64,000 nt of DNA from Selaginella moellendorffii. Lineage: Eukaryota > Plantae > Lycopodiophyta. Location of the stretch: positions 146,151 to 210,150 of the forward strand of contig NW_003314302.1 in NCBI RefSeq assembly GCF_000143415.4. The letters are read 5' to 3'. Below are positions 36,801-50,112 of the stretch, piece by piece; within the stretch, counting starts at the first letter, position 1, and each line of letters starts with the position of its first letter. The notes below the pieces were generated by a model. It had not been told where the DNA came from. It saw only the letters and a list, made by a program, of their open reading frames with translations, and ran no database searches. Position numbers and translations under genes: made by a program.

Positions 36801-36959
36801 TGTAGATACACTAATAAAAGCATATCAACCTAACAAGTTAAGTAGTCAGAAATAATAATGATATACTCATTGCTAAAAGTTGACTATAGAAAAGACCCTA
36901 TCAAATCAAAGATCAAGTCTAAGACTAAATCCACATACTAATACAAGTTGTGGGGTGAA

Positions 36960-39120
36960 ACATTTGGATCACTTGGACCTTCTCAAGGTGCACCTTAAAC
37001 CCATCTTTGCCCACCACATACTTTAGAAACTTTACCTCTTATTAAGTAAAGTTATATTTACTCTCTTTGTGTTCTTTTAGTTTCTCAAACAACTTTATTA
37101 AGTGTTTAGTATATTCCTTTAGCATCTCACTATAGATCAAAATGTCGTTAATATAGACAACCACAAAGTGATCTAGATAGGGTATAAAAATATGGTTCAT
37201 TAATGTTAAAAATGTTGCTAGTGTATTGCACAACCCAAAGAGCATCATTAGAAACTCAAAGCTTCTATACTTTATCTAACAAGTTGTCTTCTTGACATTT
37301 TCCTCTGCTACTCTGATTTGATAGTATCTTGAGATCAATTCTCAGTAAGTATTTCACATTTGTTAGCCTATTGAACAAGTCCTCAATCTTTGGTAAAAGG
37401 TATTTGTTCTTCCTTATATACTTGTTAAGTAACCGGTAGTTTATGCACATGTATATAGAGTTATCTTTCTTTTTCACAAATAACACCGGCACTGCATATA
37501 ATGACTTGCTCAGCCTAATATACCCTTTATCCACCAACTCCTCAAATTAGCACTTGAGCTTTTTGAGTTTTTTTTTTTGTTTAACCAATAAGAGGGGTAA
37601 ACTACTACTTTAGCACCCTTAACCAACTCGATTTTATATTCTTTCAGTCAGATAGAGGGTAACCCCGCTAGTAATTCCTTTGGCATGGTATTTTAAATTA
37701 GTGTAACATCTACTAAATCACTAAAGGTACTTCCTTTATTCCTGTCTTTTTATCACTCCTTATTGAAAGTAAGCATATTGTTTTGGTTCCTTTAGTGAGT
37801 TATCTTTTCATAGATATTAAGTTTAAGCAAAAGTCTTTAACCTTACATAGCCTTACCTTTAAATCTTGGGCCTTCACCATTATTCTTCTCAAGCATTCGT
37901 TAGTACCACCAGGTTCCTACTTTATCCATGCAAGGCTACCACAAACTAATAGAACCAATCCATCAAAAAGATCATGTCAAATCCTATTATGTTCAAAATA
38001 GTGAAATTTATATCCACTTTCCATGTCTTTAATTTAACTCTTGCTTATCAAAGTACCTCATTAGTGTTTTGGCTACCTTAAACAAATTTTATAGTCCTTG
38101 GTTCACCCAATTGCTACACTATTAATTTGACTTACTATATGTTTACAACCATAAAATTATCCAAAACACATGAGTCAATAAAGATCTTAACAATGATACT
38201 TTTGAGCTTCCCTTAAAGGGTTAGTAGATGTTGCAAATGACTCTCTACTAAAGTTGTTTATGTAATAAATAACTTTGAGCTAGGGATTGGATCATGTACC
38301 TCAATTTAAACTTTACTTAACTTAATGGCCATATTGACTTTGGCCTTCTTTAGGTAGGGATATTGTTTTAATAAGTGTCCTGTTTCACCACAATTGTAGC
38401 ATACATTGTTTTTCACGCTATTAACAAATTTAGTTTTCTTATCAATGAGTTTGTCCCTTTTTGCTTGACTCCCCCACATACTTGCTCTTTGGCTACTAAA
38501 TTTGCTTTTCCGAAACCCTAAGAACTCATTTTTAGATAAACTCTTTCTAAATTTCTCCCTTTTGGTTTGACTCCTTTGCTAAACATTATTGTGTTCTTTT
38601 TTTGCAAGTTATCATTGAAATGCACTTTAATAACTACATCTAATATTCTTTGTAGTTATTTGAGTTCCAATGCATCACCTCGCCTCTAAGCCCAGATTTG
38701 TAAGCCTGATATGAAGGCATGGAACATGCCTATATCACCTATATTTGTAACAAAAATCCTTTTGGCAATAAATACATTCATATATTATTAAATGGTTTTT
38801 GACTACTTTAGCCAACTCAACTCATCCTTTAAATACAAAATAGCATTTAAAAGAATATAAGGTGCATAAATCCTTATTTTCATCATTTCTCAAGTGACCA
38901 CCACTCCTTCGTTAGCTTTTATTGTTCTCCAAAACTTAACATTATTTGTTAAGTATAGTTTTGCATATAAAACATTTTCCAAGCTCGATAACCACAACAT
39001 TTAAAATTAATTTTCCATATCATAAAACCAATCCTTTTGTCACCCCCATTACTCACCATGGCATTAGGGTTCTTCAGCTTCTTGTTTATTAACCATACCA
39101 TTGACTCATATGCCACATAT
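36960..39120 (-). mobile_element. Degenerate Ty3/gypsy gag-protease-RT
   Basis: KGYIRLSKSLYAVPVLFVKKKD..MCINYR.LNK, MLFGLCN..VVVYINDILIYS, zinc knuckle CYNCGETGH near 38390. Confidence 0.9.
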
Positions 39121-39454
39121 CCTCTAGCACAATCAGTAAAATGGAAAGATTGCTACAATGGTTAATCCATCTGACTGAAATCCCTTAGAGCTCCTTGCAT
39201 AGCAATCACCCGAGGCAAGCTTACATCTTCTTCAGGGGAAGAAAGCTTTCCACTCTGTGAAGTTCAGATCAAGCCTCCTCCAATTCACCTGACAGACAGG
39301 AAATTAGAGTCTCAGAAACGAGAGTTTATCATTATCCTTGTCATGCCATCCCCAGGAATTTGTTCTTCCACGTACTTGATCATGATCCTGGAGCTTAAAC
39401 CATGTCTCTGCCCAAATGGTGTCATTTCGTGCGGACAGATTTAACGGAGTCAAA

Positions 39455-40130
39455 GGCAGCAGCGTGGCCTCTTGTTTCCTGAGAGCTGGAATTACTGGAC
39501 GAGTGCATTTGCCAGATCTTTGGATCCCAAACCTTGTTCGCTACAAGGTTGTATGCGAAGCCTGAAGGACAGGCCTGGTGTGTGGCTATCTTGTCCCCAA
39601 CTCCCTGACTCCCCGTTACTGGGTTGGGAATCTGATCACCGGGAATGGTGTCTCCTCCCCAACCTTCCGGTGGACGAGGTCACAAGGAAAGAGGGGAAGC
39701 TGCTTGTCCATGCATGTTAGATGATCTACTTTAGCAGCGTCGATGATTCCCCGACCTCGGCCAATTGCTTGGATCCGAGGTCAATCTGGAATCTCAGGTT
39801 GTTGTCCAACTCCAGAGCTGCTGTTGGGATTCAAACACTTCAGAAAAAATTTCAAGTGACATTTCCTGATTCCTGCTACAATCGTTTTAGGCTGACCATC
39901 TGTCAAACGCTGCTGGCAAGAAGAGGCACCTGTGAAGCTGGTGGGGTTTCCTTGTACCGTCATAGCAACCGTCACGTAAAGAAGATCAACCTGATCATCG
40001 CCTCTCAGTCGATGCAAACATACTAGATCCGACCCACATCTGCAGCGGGATCATCAATGCTCTTCTCGCTTGTAAACTCGCAGCGCTGCCACTCCATACT
40101 GAGCGAATTGAAAAGCCAGTTGCTCGAATT
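39455..40130. pseudogene. Rearranged F-box paralog of 46399-47479
   Basis: 39455-39715 sense on + (LFPES, GWESDHREWCLLPNLPVDEVTRKE); ~39950-40130 matches 46800-46980 in the opposite gene orientation. Confidence 0.7.
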
Positions 40131-40894
40131 GGAGCATTCCAACCGCCTCGTTGCAACTTGATTGCGATCCACCCTGTGAAAAGAACAAAACAGACCATTT
40201 CTAGGATAAGAAATTCGATGGCAGTTTCCAAGTTCTGTGCATCGTCTGTGCTTTAATACCCAGCAGAAACATTCAAGCTTGTCAATCCAACTTGTCCTTG
40301 ACTACCATATTATTATTATAGCCACAAAAGATTTAAATTTAATGTAATTTTACAGTTCCAGCATGACCAAATACAAATACTACCTTTAAGGGATTGGAAA
40401 TGATCAGAAGAAACTCAAACGATTGGAAGTGAATGTCGTCTAGAGTGAGACTACATCATTTGCTCCAGCTTGTCTTGTAGAAGAAACTTCTAGGGACCAA
40501 GCAAGGCCTGTCCAAGTCAACAAATAAATATGTTTTTGAGAACTCCTAGCTTTGTCCCGGACCCTACGGCCGAGGTGAAAGCTCTCAAGACCAAAAGTTT
40601 CAACCATGGCTCTGCCTGGAAGAACTCAAACTGTGAGATTGTACATAGCTTTCACAAAGGGTGTTTTAAAGGTGGGCGAAGCAAACTCAGGAGACAACTC
40701 AGTGACCATATAGAGGTGGATAGGGAGGAACACCAAGGAGAGGAAGAGAGAACACCTGAGCCCTGTTTGATTCTGTCAGTTGGATGCTTCCACCCCGGGA
40801 GCAAAATATTTGCTCATGCTCTTGTGTCTTTCTTCTCAAACTCCAAGTGGATTCTCCTTTGATCCGCACACCACACCCCATTGATAGTATAGCC

Positions 40895-41025
40895 CATTTG
40901 CATCCTCATCTTCCAGACGTGAAATCTGGCACTGCTGAATCGCTCCACCCTTGCTCATTTTGCATCAGGGGAAATCTTTCCCTCAGGAACTTCGATCTGG
41001 GAGGATTTTGAGTTGTCAGCAACGT
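40895..41025 (-). pseudogene. Third, deleted remnant of the Gag-like gene at 1329-1913
   Basis: catttgcatcctcatcttcca..aatcgc..atttTgagttgtcagc matches the reverse complement of 1503-1691. Confidence 0.75.
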
Positions 41026-42210
41026 GTCCACGCTGGATTTCTCCCTGTGAAGAAGGATAAGGTATATGTATATATACAGTGACATGGGCATGTTGTCTTA
41101 TATGAGAATTGGTGCCCCACCAGATATCTATCTATTTATCGTTGTGCCCATTAATAAAAGAAGCATGAGAAAACAAGTTTGTTGTGGGGTCTTCTCACTC
41201 CCTCATGTCCATGCCCTCTATGGTCCTCGGTCCTCTCCTCCTTTTCTCACTTCCCTTGCATCCACCAGCTTTGTGCCCCCAGGCCTCACTTTTGCTCTTT
41301 TCTACCTCAGTAGGAAACAAGAGATTGATGGATGCAAAAACACTATTTAATGTTTTGAATACAGATGTTAACTTTATTTTATAGATATTATTAGGTTTTA
41401 TAATAGATTGATGAATCGCTTCATTGCAAGGCAGGTTACCATTTTGGAACGTTTTCAAGGTAAAGCTATGCTCAAGGTCGTCGAATCTTACTTTTGGAGA
41501 ATTGCAAAGCAGGTGAGGAAGAAGATGGATGCGAGATGCTAGCAGTTTCTTGATAGTTGAGATTGTTGTGGGTGGTAGGAGTAATGAAAAGAAAAAGAAG
41601 TGAATAGAAGATATGAATTACAATATAAAAAAATAGTTAAAATGGATAATGCATTATCAGATGAAAAAGTAAAAGCTAAACCTAGTATATGAACCACAGC
41701 CAATATAAATTTTGTTATTATTATTAATTAACATATTAATTCTAGAATCTATGTCACCATGGAAAAGTATTCTTCAATTCCTAATGACTGTTTCTAATAC
41801 ATTTAGATATGTATCAAAACATAACTCATGGACACTTTCCCTCTATTCATGGGCCCTACTTTTTATATTTGAACTTTAATAATTTTTTTCTCAAATGTTC
41901 CCTTTTGTTTTGCTTACATTAATAAAGAAGATGATCTTGCATTTTTTATTGTGGGGAATTACAAAATAATGGAACACTTTCAAAATGGATTTAAAAAAAA
42001 TAAGTTTTCTAAATAATTATAGTTTTAATTTATTTTATAATATTATTCAAGCCCTCCAACTTGCAGAGAACAACTCCATCAACTACAAGTTTATAATTCT
42101 TGAAGTAAGCATGTAAATTAATAAGAAATAATTCAATAGATATTTGAAAGACATATTTTACAATAGGATGTCATTAGAGACACAATTGCTGACAACAAGA
42201 AAAAATAGAA

Positions 42211-45200
42211 TCTACTACTATAAGGAGAAAATGCCGAACTTTGTGGGCCACCAGATCTAGCCAATCGAGGCTGTCCGATGGGGGGGTAACTGAAAAAGGG
42301 TTATTTCTTTAACCATGTGTTAGCAAATAATCGCGCTGATGTTTGCTCCCGCCCAATGGGAGGCGGCCAAGCCATGTGTGGCAAGAGAGGAAGGCCCAGC
42401 GACACGTGTCAAGTGAATTGGTTTTGTTTTGTATGTTTCTAGGGTTTATGAGACGGCAAGAGAGCCCCTTCCACTGCTGCCAATTCGCGATCCAAATCGG
42501 AGGCGCTGTGTCAACACTGGTGTCTTTGCTCTTGAGAACCCCATTGCAAGTTGTAATTTGTCATTCTTCTTTCATAACTTTGGCATTCTCATACACGATG
42601 TGTCTCCACTTTTGGCTCTTCATTGCGTTAATGTGAGGAGTTCCATCAAATCAAGGTATTTGTGGTGCATAGAATTTGTATGATCTTCATTCTTACTCCA
42701 CTGTCAGGAAATGGGACGAGGCGATTTAAGCTCTTAAACACTTTGAAGCACATTCACTCGGCACAACCTTGCTCACCTGGACGTGAAGCCTGACAACATC
42801 TACATCTGCAATCGCATCTATAAGATTCGCTCCGAGACCGTGCTGCCGAGGTAGAGGCTGTGGAGGCTGTGACAACCACAAAGTTACTACTGCTCGACAA
42901 GCAAGACAGGAAGCTAAACAGCACCACTTCCACAACCAACCTCAATGGAGTTCACGTTAGCTTGGACTCCCCCGAGGTTCCTGGAACTCCACAAATCATG
43001 AAGCATAACAACAGTGGCGGTAGCAGTAGTGGCAGCTGGGATGAATGAAGCCGTGCTAACACTAGAAGGTTGGATTTTTTTTTGTTTGGATCTTCTCTGG
43101 CACTAAGTTTTTGAAATGATCGAGCAGATATGCAGCAGTTCCAGTCGAGCAATCCCTTCGGATTCATCATAGACATGCTGGAGGGTGAAGGTGGCGATGA
43201 GAGTGAAGCTCTTCATCCACTTCCCAATGATGCTTATGTCACAGTCATATGATAGAACTTGATTACTCACTTATTATGCTTATCGTTTGTCCACAAGATA
43301 TTCAACATTATCAACCTCTACAGTTACATATGACCAAATCTTATATGCTGGAAAACTCACCCAACAATATATTGTAGATGCATATGTTAAAATTGAAAGC
43401 AACAATTTACAATACTATAGATCTAATCAAAAAAATATGAGATTTGATTTTTATACAGGTTTGATGGATTATGTTGCTGGCAAAGCTGCTGATGCAAATG
43501 CTCGACCAGGAAAAATTGTTATTTTACCTTCTACTTTTACAAAAAGCCCAAGAGCTATGCAACAAAATTACTAAGATGCTATGAACAAAATACTCAAAAC
43601 CTGATATTTTCATAACTTTTACTTGCAACCCTAAATGACCTGAGATATTACAAAATCTGCACCCTAATGAAGGACTTGAAGATCGACTTCATTTAGTTGC
43701 TAGGGTTTTTAACATGAAGCTAAAATATTTTCTCCATGATATTATACAAAATAATATCTTTGAAAGATGTATTGCATTTATATATATCATTGAGTTCCAA
43801 AAAAGAGGTTTACCACATTGTCATTTCACCATTATATTAGAAACTTGAATGCTGAACAATTAGCTATATTCAATGAAATTGTTAATATTGTTGAGTGCCC
43901 GATTGATACCAACCATTTTATTTTTATTGATGGCCCTGGTGGTACTAGCAAAACATATTTATTAAATATAATAATAAAATATTTTGAGTTCTACAATAAA
44001 AAAAGTGGTTTGTATGGCATGGACGGGCATTGCAAACACACTACTACACAATGGACAAACATCCTATACAACCTTTAAGTTACCAGTTCCAATTAATGAT
44101 ACATCAATTTCTAATTTAACACCTAATAACAATGCCAGTAGATCTATGAAAGCAATACAAGTGCTTATTTGGGATGAAATTAGTATACACTCACATTTTC
44201 AGCTGTCAACCGTTGTCTACGAGACTTGAAACAAAATAATTCTCTATTCGGTGGCATTGTTATTGTTACAAATGGTGACTTCCATCAAACATTACCAATT
44301 ATCCCATACAGTTATTGAGCATAGATTGTTTCCATATCTGTAAGAATGAATAGTCTATGGAATCTATTTAGAAAGTTTCAATTGCAAGCAAGAAGCCCCA
44401 AGTTCCCAGACTAGGCAGAATGGCTATTGAAAGTTGGTGATGGAAATAATTACACACAAAACCCTATTTTACCACTTGATTCTATCTTTCTTCCTTCAGA
44501 ACTAATTAAAAATACCTCTATTACTGATTTCATATTGCCATGTATCGAAGATATTTCAAATGTTCAAATTGCAGTAAATAGAGCCATTTTAACACCTCTC
44601 AATGATGATATATTTCCAATTAACAACAACATCATCTCTCAATTACTAAGTCCACCTCAAATTTATATTAGTATTGATGTTGAACATTTTGAAGATTTCC
44701 TAATTGAATTTCTAAACTTTATCACTCCCTTTGGACTACTACCACACAAATTGATACTAAAAGAAGGTTGTATAGTTATTCTTCTAAGAAATATGTCTCC
44801 AACAATTGGATTATGCAATGGAACTTAACTAATGGTCAAAAGAACTTCACCTAAAGTTTTAGACTGTGAAATAATTACAGGTGAATTTAAAGGTACTAGA
44901 ACTTTTATCCCACAGATTAACTTAACACCCTCTGATTCAAATGTTCCATTCCATATGTCTCGAAAACAATTTCCTCTTCGTCTTGGATATTACTTAACAA
45001 TTTCAAAATGCCAAGGTCAAACATTTGGTCATGTAGGCATCTACTTACCCTAGCCAGTCTTTATCCATGGGTAGCTCTATGTTGCATTTTCAAGATGCAT
45101 ATCACCACAACAACTTGTAATTTGAGTTGACACAACTCATACACAAAGCCGTTTAATTCCATTCAATTCATCAATATTCACCATCAATACTGTATATAAA

Positions 45201-45421
45201 GAAGTTTTATATTAACTAACTCCTATCCTACTACACTTTAAAACATAAAAACAAACTATAATAAACTTTATTTATTTTTTAACTTTCCCTATAGGCAATG
45301 GACCAGTGCTAAAAATGAAGGAATCATCTCACAAAGAAATTGTGAGATGTGAGAAAATTCTGTCACAAAGATATGTTAGTAAGCTTGAGAGGCTTTGGCA
45401 ACTACCCAGCATTGCTACTAG
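42211..45421 (+). mobile_element. Internally deleted Helitron (RepHel pseudogene) with captured gene fragments
   Basis: A|TCTACTACTAT start and CTAG|T end; Rep motifs QQYIVDAY, ILPSTF..SPR, FITFTCNP, IEFQKRGLPH; Pif1 motifs FIDGPGGTSKTYL, GLCNGT, RKQFPLRL..TISKCQGQT. Confidence 0.92.
42728..42826 (+). pseudogene. WEE1-like kinase catalytic-loop fragment inside the Helitron
   Basis: LKHIHS-(frameshift)-HNLAHLDVKPDNIYICNRIYKI. Confidence 0.7.
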
Positions 45422-46398
45422 TATAGAAATATGCATATTCCAAAACCATAGGTTATATACAAACATAAGTGGTCTATATTAAAACCAACCAATTTCAATT
45501 ATTCCCTCTTCAAAATGCCATATTTAAATTACTGTTTACTTCAACTTGTGATGGCACCAAGGCATGCCATGCAGGACTGGTACTGGTTTGAGGTGACGGA
45601 GTGCCACATTGTGGTGGGCACATCTAATGGCGCTAAGGCATGCCATGTAGGACCAGTTAAATTGCTGTTAGAGGTACCACGCAGAAGGCAGCCCTAGTTA
45701 TCTGGCCGGGGGGCATGAGAAGGTGATGGAGGTGGACATGGAGGCTGTGTGTGCTCAAGGCGAGGGGAATACGATGAGAAAGCGGGTCAAGATGACAATG
45801 CACCTTTATCATGGCCCAAACAACATTCGAGTTGTTCACACAAAGGAAGAAAGCGGGGACATACATGATAACGAAGAAAGCTGGGCCGTTGTTTCGGGGA
45901 TGTTCAACAGCAAAGTTAATTGTGGTGTGATGTGCAAATTTATGTCTAATTTGTTTCACATTAGGTGTTCAGTGGTCCTTGGTGAGTGGGGCTCCTATAG
46001 CAATTGTCAGTGCATGCGATCACTTAGCTGTCAAAGGTCTTCTAAGAGTTCTTTTCACAGTCAGGAGAGGTAAAATTGATTTATTTTTTACTTTATTACT
46101 CAGGACTCTTGCTGTGCTTTATCAGTTTCAGATTGCTAGTCCAAGATGCAAACGCTTATGTTATAATAATATTTGTTTTCTACTTATTTTTTCTAATAAT
46201 TGTTAGGTGCCTACTACCATAAAGCGTGCTCGATCCTTCATCTCTATAAGAATAATCCACCATGCTTCTTCAAATGGCTGAAGAGTTCGCCAATTCAAAC
46301 GGCCCTTCTGGGAATTTTTATTTTATTTTTTTCCTCCCTTCTTGCCATCCAGGCCTGCGAGGCATCAAAGAAGAGATGCATGGAGAAATGGAGGCCGA

Positions 46399-47479
46399 TC
46401 AAAAATTATTATATAGAGCACGTTTGAAAAATAAATCTGGCGTGAGCATGAAGGCCGTCTTATAGTTATACTTGCTGCAGTTACTCCATAAATTATTCTT
46501 GAAGAAGAAGGCCATCGGTGGCGAGAGTGATAACATACTTGGTCGCATAACAACGGAATGCTTGACAACAAAATACTCAAACTCAACAGAGCCATTCTTC
46601 ACCAAGTCACCCATGTAAACCTCACTCAAAAGTTTCCAATCTGATGTCTCCCTGTTGAGTTCCCATGCAGCAGCAGACACCTTATAACCACCACTTATAG
46701 TCGACGAAACAAGAATCCACCTCCCATTGTAATCTACAATACAAGGCAGGCCACAAGAGAAAAGAGTGCTTGGAAACTTCACCTTGGCCCTGTCATAGCA
46801 ACCTGAAACCTGATCAAACACAGCCACGTAAAGAAGATCAACTCGACCACCAGTGATCTTTAGCGAATGTCTGTTAGGTAATGCAAACATACTAGATCCG
46901 AGCCATAGTCCCTTGTCATCCACACCGAGATCATCAATGCTCTTCTTGCTTGTAAACTGGCAGCGCCGCCACTCCCTACTGATCAAATTCTGCAGGGAGA
47001 AACACCAGGACCTTGAAGTACCCTGTGCATGGATCCACAAGCACCTCTTTCCTTGTGACCTCGTTCACTGGGAGCTCGGGGAGGAGTTCCCAGTGATCGG
47101 ATTCCCAACCATGTAATAGGGAGTGGTGTCTCTGGAGATTCACAAAATAGCCACACACAAGGCCGCAGGAGTCGGCAAATATCCTAAACCTGCAACGTCC
47201 TCTATTCTTCAAAATGGCGAGCCCTGTGGGGAGAATTACTAGTGGCCAAGATACGACAGGGAACGGAACTATTGCCTACAAACCATGACTCATGCAACCG
47301 CGGCAAGCTTCTCCAGCGAGTTCGATGAGTGACTTCCAGCGCTTGCATACAACCTTGCAGCGGACAAGGTCTGGAATGGGGAGCCACGCCAAGATCCGGC
47401 AAACGCACTCGTCAGGTAGCTCGTCACACTCGAAACTCTCAGGAAACAAAAAGGCGAGGCAAACGCGCAGCCCAGCCAC
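46399..47479 (-). pseudogene. F-box protein with F-box-associated/Kelch-like C-terminus, frame-disrupted
   Basis: ELPDECVCRILAWLPIPDLVRCKVVCKRWKSLI, DSCGLVC; coding information split over several frames. Confidence 0.75.
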
Positions 47480-47831
47480 GAAGCAAAAAAAAAAGGCTTT
47501 TCCCTTTCCTCGTTAAATAGAAACAGTATGGCTTAGGCCTTATCAACTTAATATTAATAAAAAGTATATGTTAATGTAATTGGTTGGATTTATGTAGTTG
47601 TTTCTGCTTAGAGAGTACCTGCTTGCACATGAGGTGTTTTTTTTTTGTTAGCTGATTGTTGTACAAACCAAAGTGATTCTCCGGATCAGATTCAGCCCAA
47701 AGAGCAGTAGTATAACCTTCAATCGTAAAAGGTTTTATGCGACTGTAAAGCGCTGACGTCAGGTTCGACCCTTTAGAGAGAGCTTTAATGAAACAGGGCC
47801 ATTTAGGGTTTGGAGGGAGAAAGAAAGCGCC

Positions 47832-49220
47832 ATGGCGGAGCTGAGGGATGTGATATTTGAGAGTTTCCTTTGCTTGCCCTCTCAACTCGAGAGGATGGTT
47901 TCTAGAATTCTGGGTTGTGCGGTTCAATTTACCGGCATTCTAGGGATGGGGGGTTGGAATCTTGTGCTCGACGCGCACAAAGGTGATCAGCGCGTCGCCA
48001 TTCGACTCCCACTCGCAGGTCAGAAGAACCGCATCACAAGCGCACTGGCGGATTCGGGCTACGCCGCGACGCTCTTCCTGTCGGGGCTGGGCATACAGAC
48101 GGTCGTGGCAGGGCCCGTCCACGTGGCATCGCCACCGCTGCCCTACACGCCACGCGGCAAATCCCACCTCACTGTTATGCCGGTGGCAGAGGGCGTGCCG
48201 GCGTGGGAGCTGTGGAGGAAGGGCGCCAGCGTGGAGTGGAAGAAGACCGTGCTCGCTGACTTGGCAGGCATCACCGTCCGGCTCTACCACCGCCCGCTGG
48301 ATTCGATGGGGGGCATGGCGGTCGACTGTGCCGGGGCGTGCCACGTGGGACCGGAACCGCAGAGTCCGGTGTCCCAGGCGATGGAGCGCGGGCTGGACGT
48401 GGGGGCTCTCAGCCCCGGGCCTTACTCGTCGTGGAAGGAGTACGCGAGGAACCACATTGGAGGGCTGATGGTGCTGCACGGAAACAGCCGCAGGTATGGC
48501 GAATCGATACGGGCAAACGCGGCTATTTTGCTCAGGTGGCTGGACGAGTTCCAAGAATCTCGCGAGGGGAGCGGCTTTTTTCTTCACCACCCCGACTTTG
48601 GACCCACCCAAGTCCTGGTGGATCCGGCATCGGGACATGTCAAGTGCATTCTGGACTGGGACGGGGCCAAGACGGGGACCGTGCAGAGCTTGGCCACTTC
48701 TTTCTTTCTCCCGGCTTACTTCTGCAAGGTGGAGGACGAGGAGGAAGACGAGGAGCTGTTTGGCTTCTTCAAGCAGCAGCTGATTCAAGGGGGAGCGGCG
48801 GAGGTGGCCGCGCTTGCGAGGAGGCACTGGACGCACAAGTCCTGTGATCCTCAGGTGGTGTTCGAGGAGGAGATGGACGTTCCGTGCCGTGGTGGCGCGA
48901 AGTCTGTGCAAATTCGTTTGGAGAGGCTGTGTCGCAAAATGCAGAAGCTGGGGATTGTGGATGGCCAGGAGGAGGTTGTGTGCACCAGCCCGCCGTGGAG
49001 CAGGACACCAAGCTCTTGGTCTTCTTCAGACGAAGAAGGCGAGACAGATGGCGAAGATATGGCCGAGAAGGGTGCAACCATGTCCGACGACGACGAGCCA
49101 ACGGGTTCTTCCTGCTCCGAGTCCGAGTCGATCGATTTGGATTTGGAGAGCACTCCTAGTCCTAGCGCTTCATCTAGAGAAGATGTAAGCTACAAAATTA
49201 AAAGCTCAACCTCTGGTTGA
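47832..49220 (+). CDS. Aminoglycoside phosphotransferase (APH)/choline-kinase-like protein, fungal-type, 462 aa, acidic tail
   Basis: GGWNLV, VAIRLP, GPYSSWKEY, FFLHHPDFGPTQVLVDP, ILDWDGA; single long GC-rich ORF. Confidence 0.85.
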   Translation: MAELRDVIFESFLCLPSQLERMVSRILGCAVQFTGILGMGGWNLVLDAHKGDQRVAIRLPLAGQKNRITSALADSGYAATLFLSGLGIQTVVAGPVHVASPPLPYTPRGKSHLTVMPVAEGVPAWELWRKGASVEWKKTVLADLAGITVRLYHRPLDSMGGMAVDCAGACHVGPEPQSPVSQAMERGLDVGALSPGPYSSWKEYARNHIGGLMVLHGNSRRYGESIRANAAILLRWLDEFQESREGSGFFLHHPDFGPTQVLVDPASGHVKCILDWDGAKTGTVQSLATSFFLPAYFCKVEDEEEDEELFGFFKQQLIQGGAAEVAALARRHWTHKSCDPQVVFEEEMDVPCRGGAKSVQIRLERLCRKMQKLGIVDGQEEVVCTSPPWSRTPSSWSSSDEEGETDGEDMAEKGATMSDDDEPTGSSCSESESIDLDLESTPSPSASSREDVSYKIKSSTSG

Positions 49221-49539
49221 CTTGATCTGAAATCTAAAATTCTTTGAAGTTGGCTACTACAGAACTTTGACATGCGAGTGATGCCTCCTTGCCAATTCTA
49301 TGCAATTCTTGTTATGCAGAAAAGAGTACATCATGTTTTTGAATAGTTTAGCTGGTATGCAGCGTGTTTGTGAAGCAGGGACAAACACACAATAAATGCT
49401 GCTTGTTGCCAGGGGTATCAACGAGGTGACGTTTCTTTCGAGTAAAAAGTCTCTGCTACTACAAACGCTTACTTATAAAGGCTGACAGAACACAGGCCAG
49501 AAGAAATGCATGATCACTGAAACAAACAAGCAAGATCAA

Positions 49540-50110
49540 AATCCATCGGCTCGTTTCCACAAACTCCTCCGTGGCCTCCTCGAGCAGCAAACCCCCACCA
49601 GCACCTCGTATAAAACTCCAGAGCCTCGTCGTGGACGTAGCCCGACCTTGCACGCTGGGCACCAGAGCTTGGAACCCGCCCTTGCTCATTCCCTAATCGC
49701 GTTGGTGGCCTTGCGCAGTGTGAGTAAAGGAGACCTTTACCAGGCACAGGATCTTCTTGTCATCTTCGCTCCTCCTTCATCCTTGCCAGGAGATGGCCGG
49801 TTCCGCCCGTGGGCGTTGATCAGCGTCGTGAAGGAGTAGACGTTTCACTTCGAAGACCTTCTCCAGCAGCCCGTCGCGGCCCGTGATCCATGGTGTAGAT
49901 GTGCTGGGTGCTGGCGCTGCATGGACTTGAAGCGCGTCGTGCTGCATCGTGAGCTTGCTGCGGTAGACATCGCAGCGGGAGCTGGCTCAGCGAGTTGACT
50001 CGTTCTCGTAGCCACGATCATGGTGGGCGTTTTGACAGGGCTTGGGCACACCTCTGCACAGACGAGCGGCGTTCGTTCTCTTGCTGCTTCTGTGTTGTCA
50101 CCCGCGGCTT
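49540..50110 (-). pseudogene. Heavily deleted pTAC2-like PPR-SMR gene
   Basis: Colinear pieces VNSLSQLP, FKSMQRQ, HIYTM, GLLEK, NVYSFTTLINAHGRN, EFY..WW..LEEAT resemble pTAC2 as recalled. Confidence 0.55.
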
Positions 50111-50112
50111 CT

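Noticed and set aside
40330-40720. LRR-like remnant (LEELKL.DC..L)
   Set aside because: Too short and stop-ridden to assign
47743-47772. Possible deleted tRNA-Arg remnant (ctgtaaagcgct..caggttcgaccc)
   Set aside because: Matches to 2432-2497 are only 12 and 9 bp; too short to support
47940-48911. 323-aa antisense ORF, and similar shadow ORFs over the PPR (51651-52592)
   Set aside because: Expected from GC-rich codon usage of the real genes
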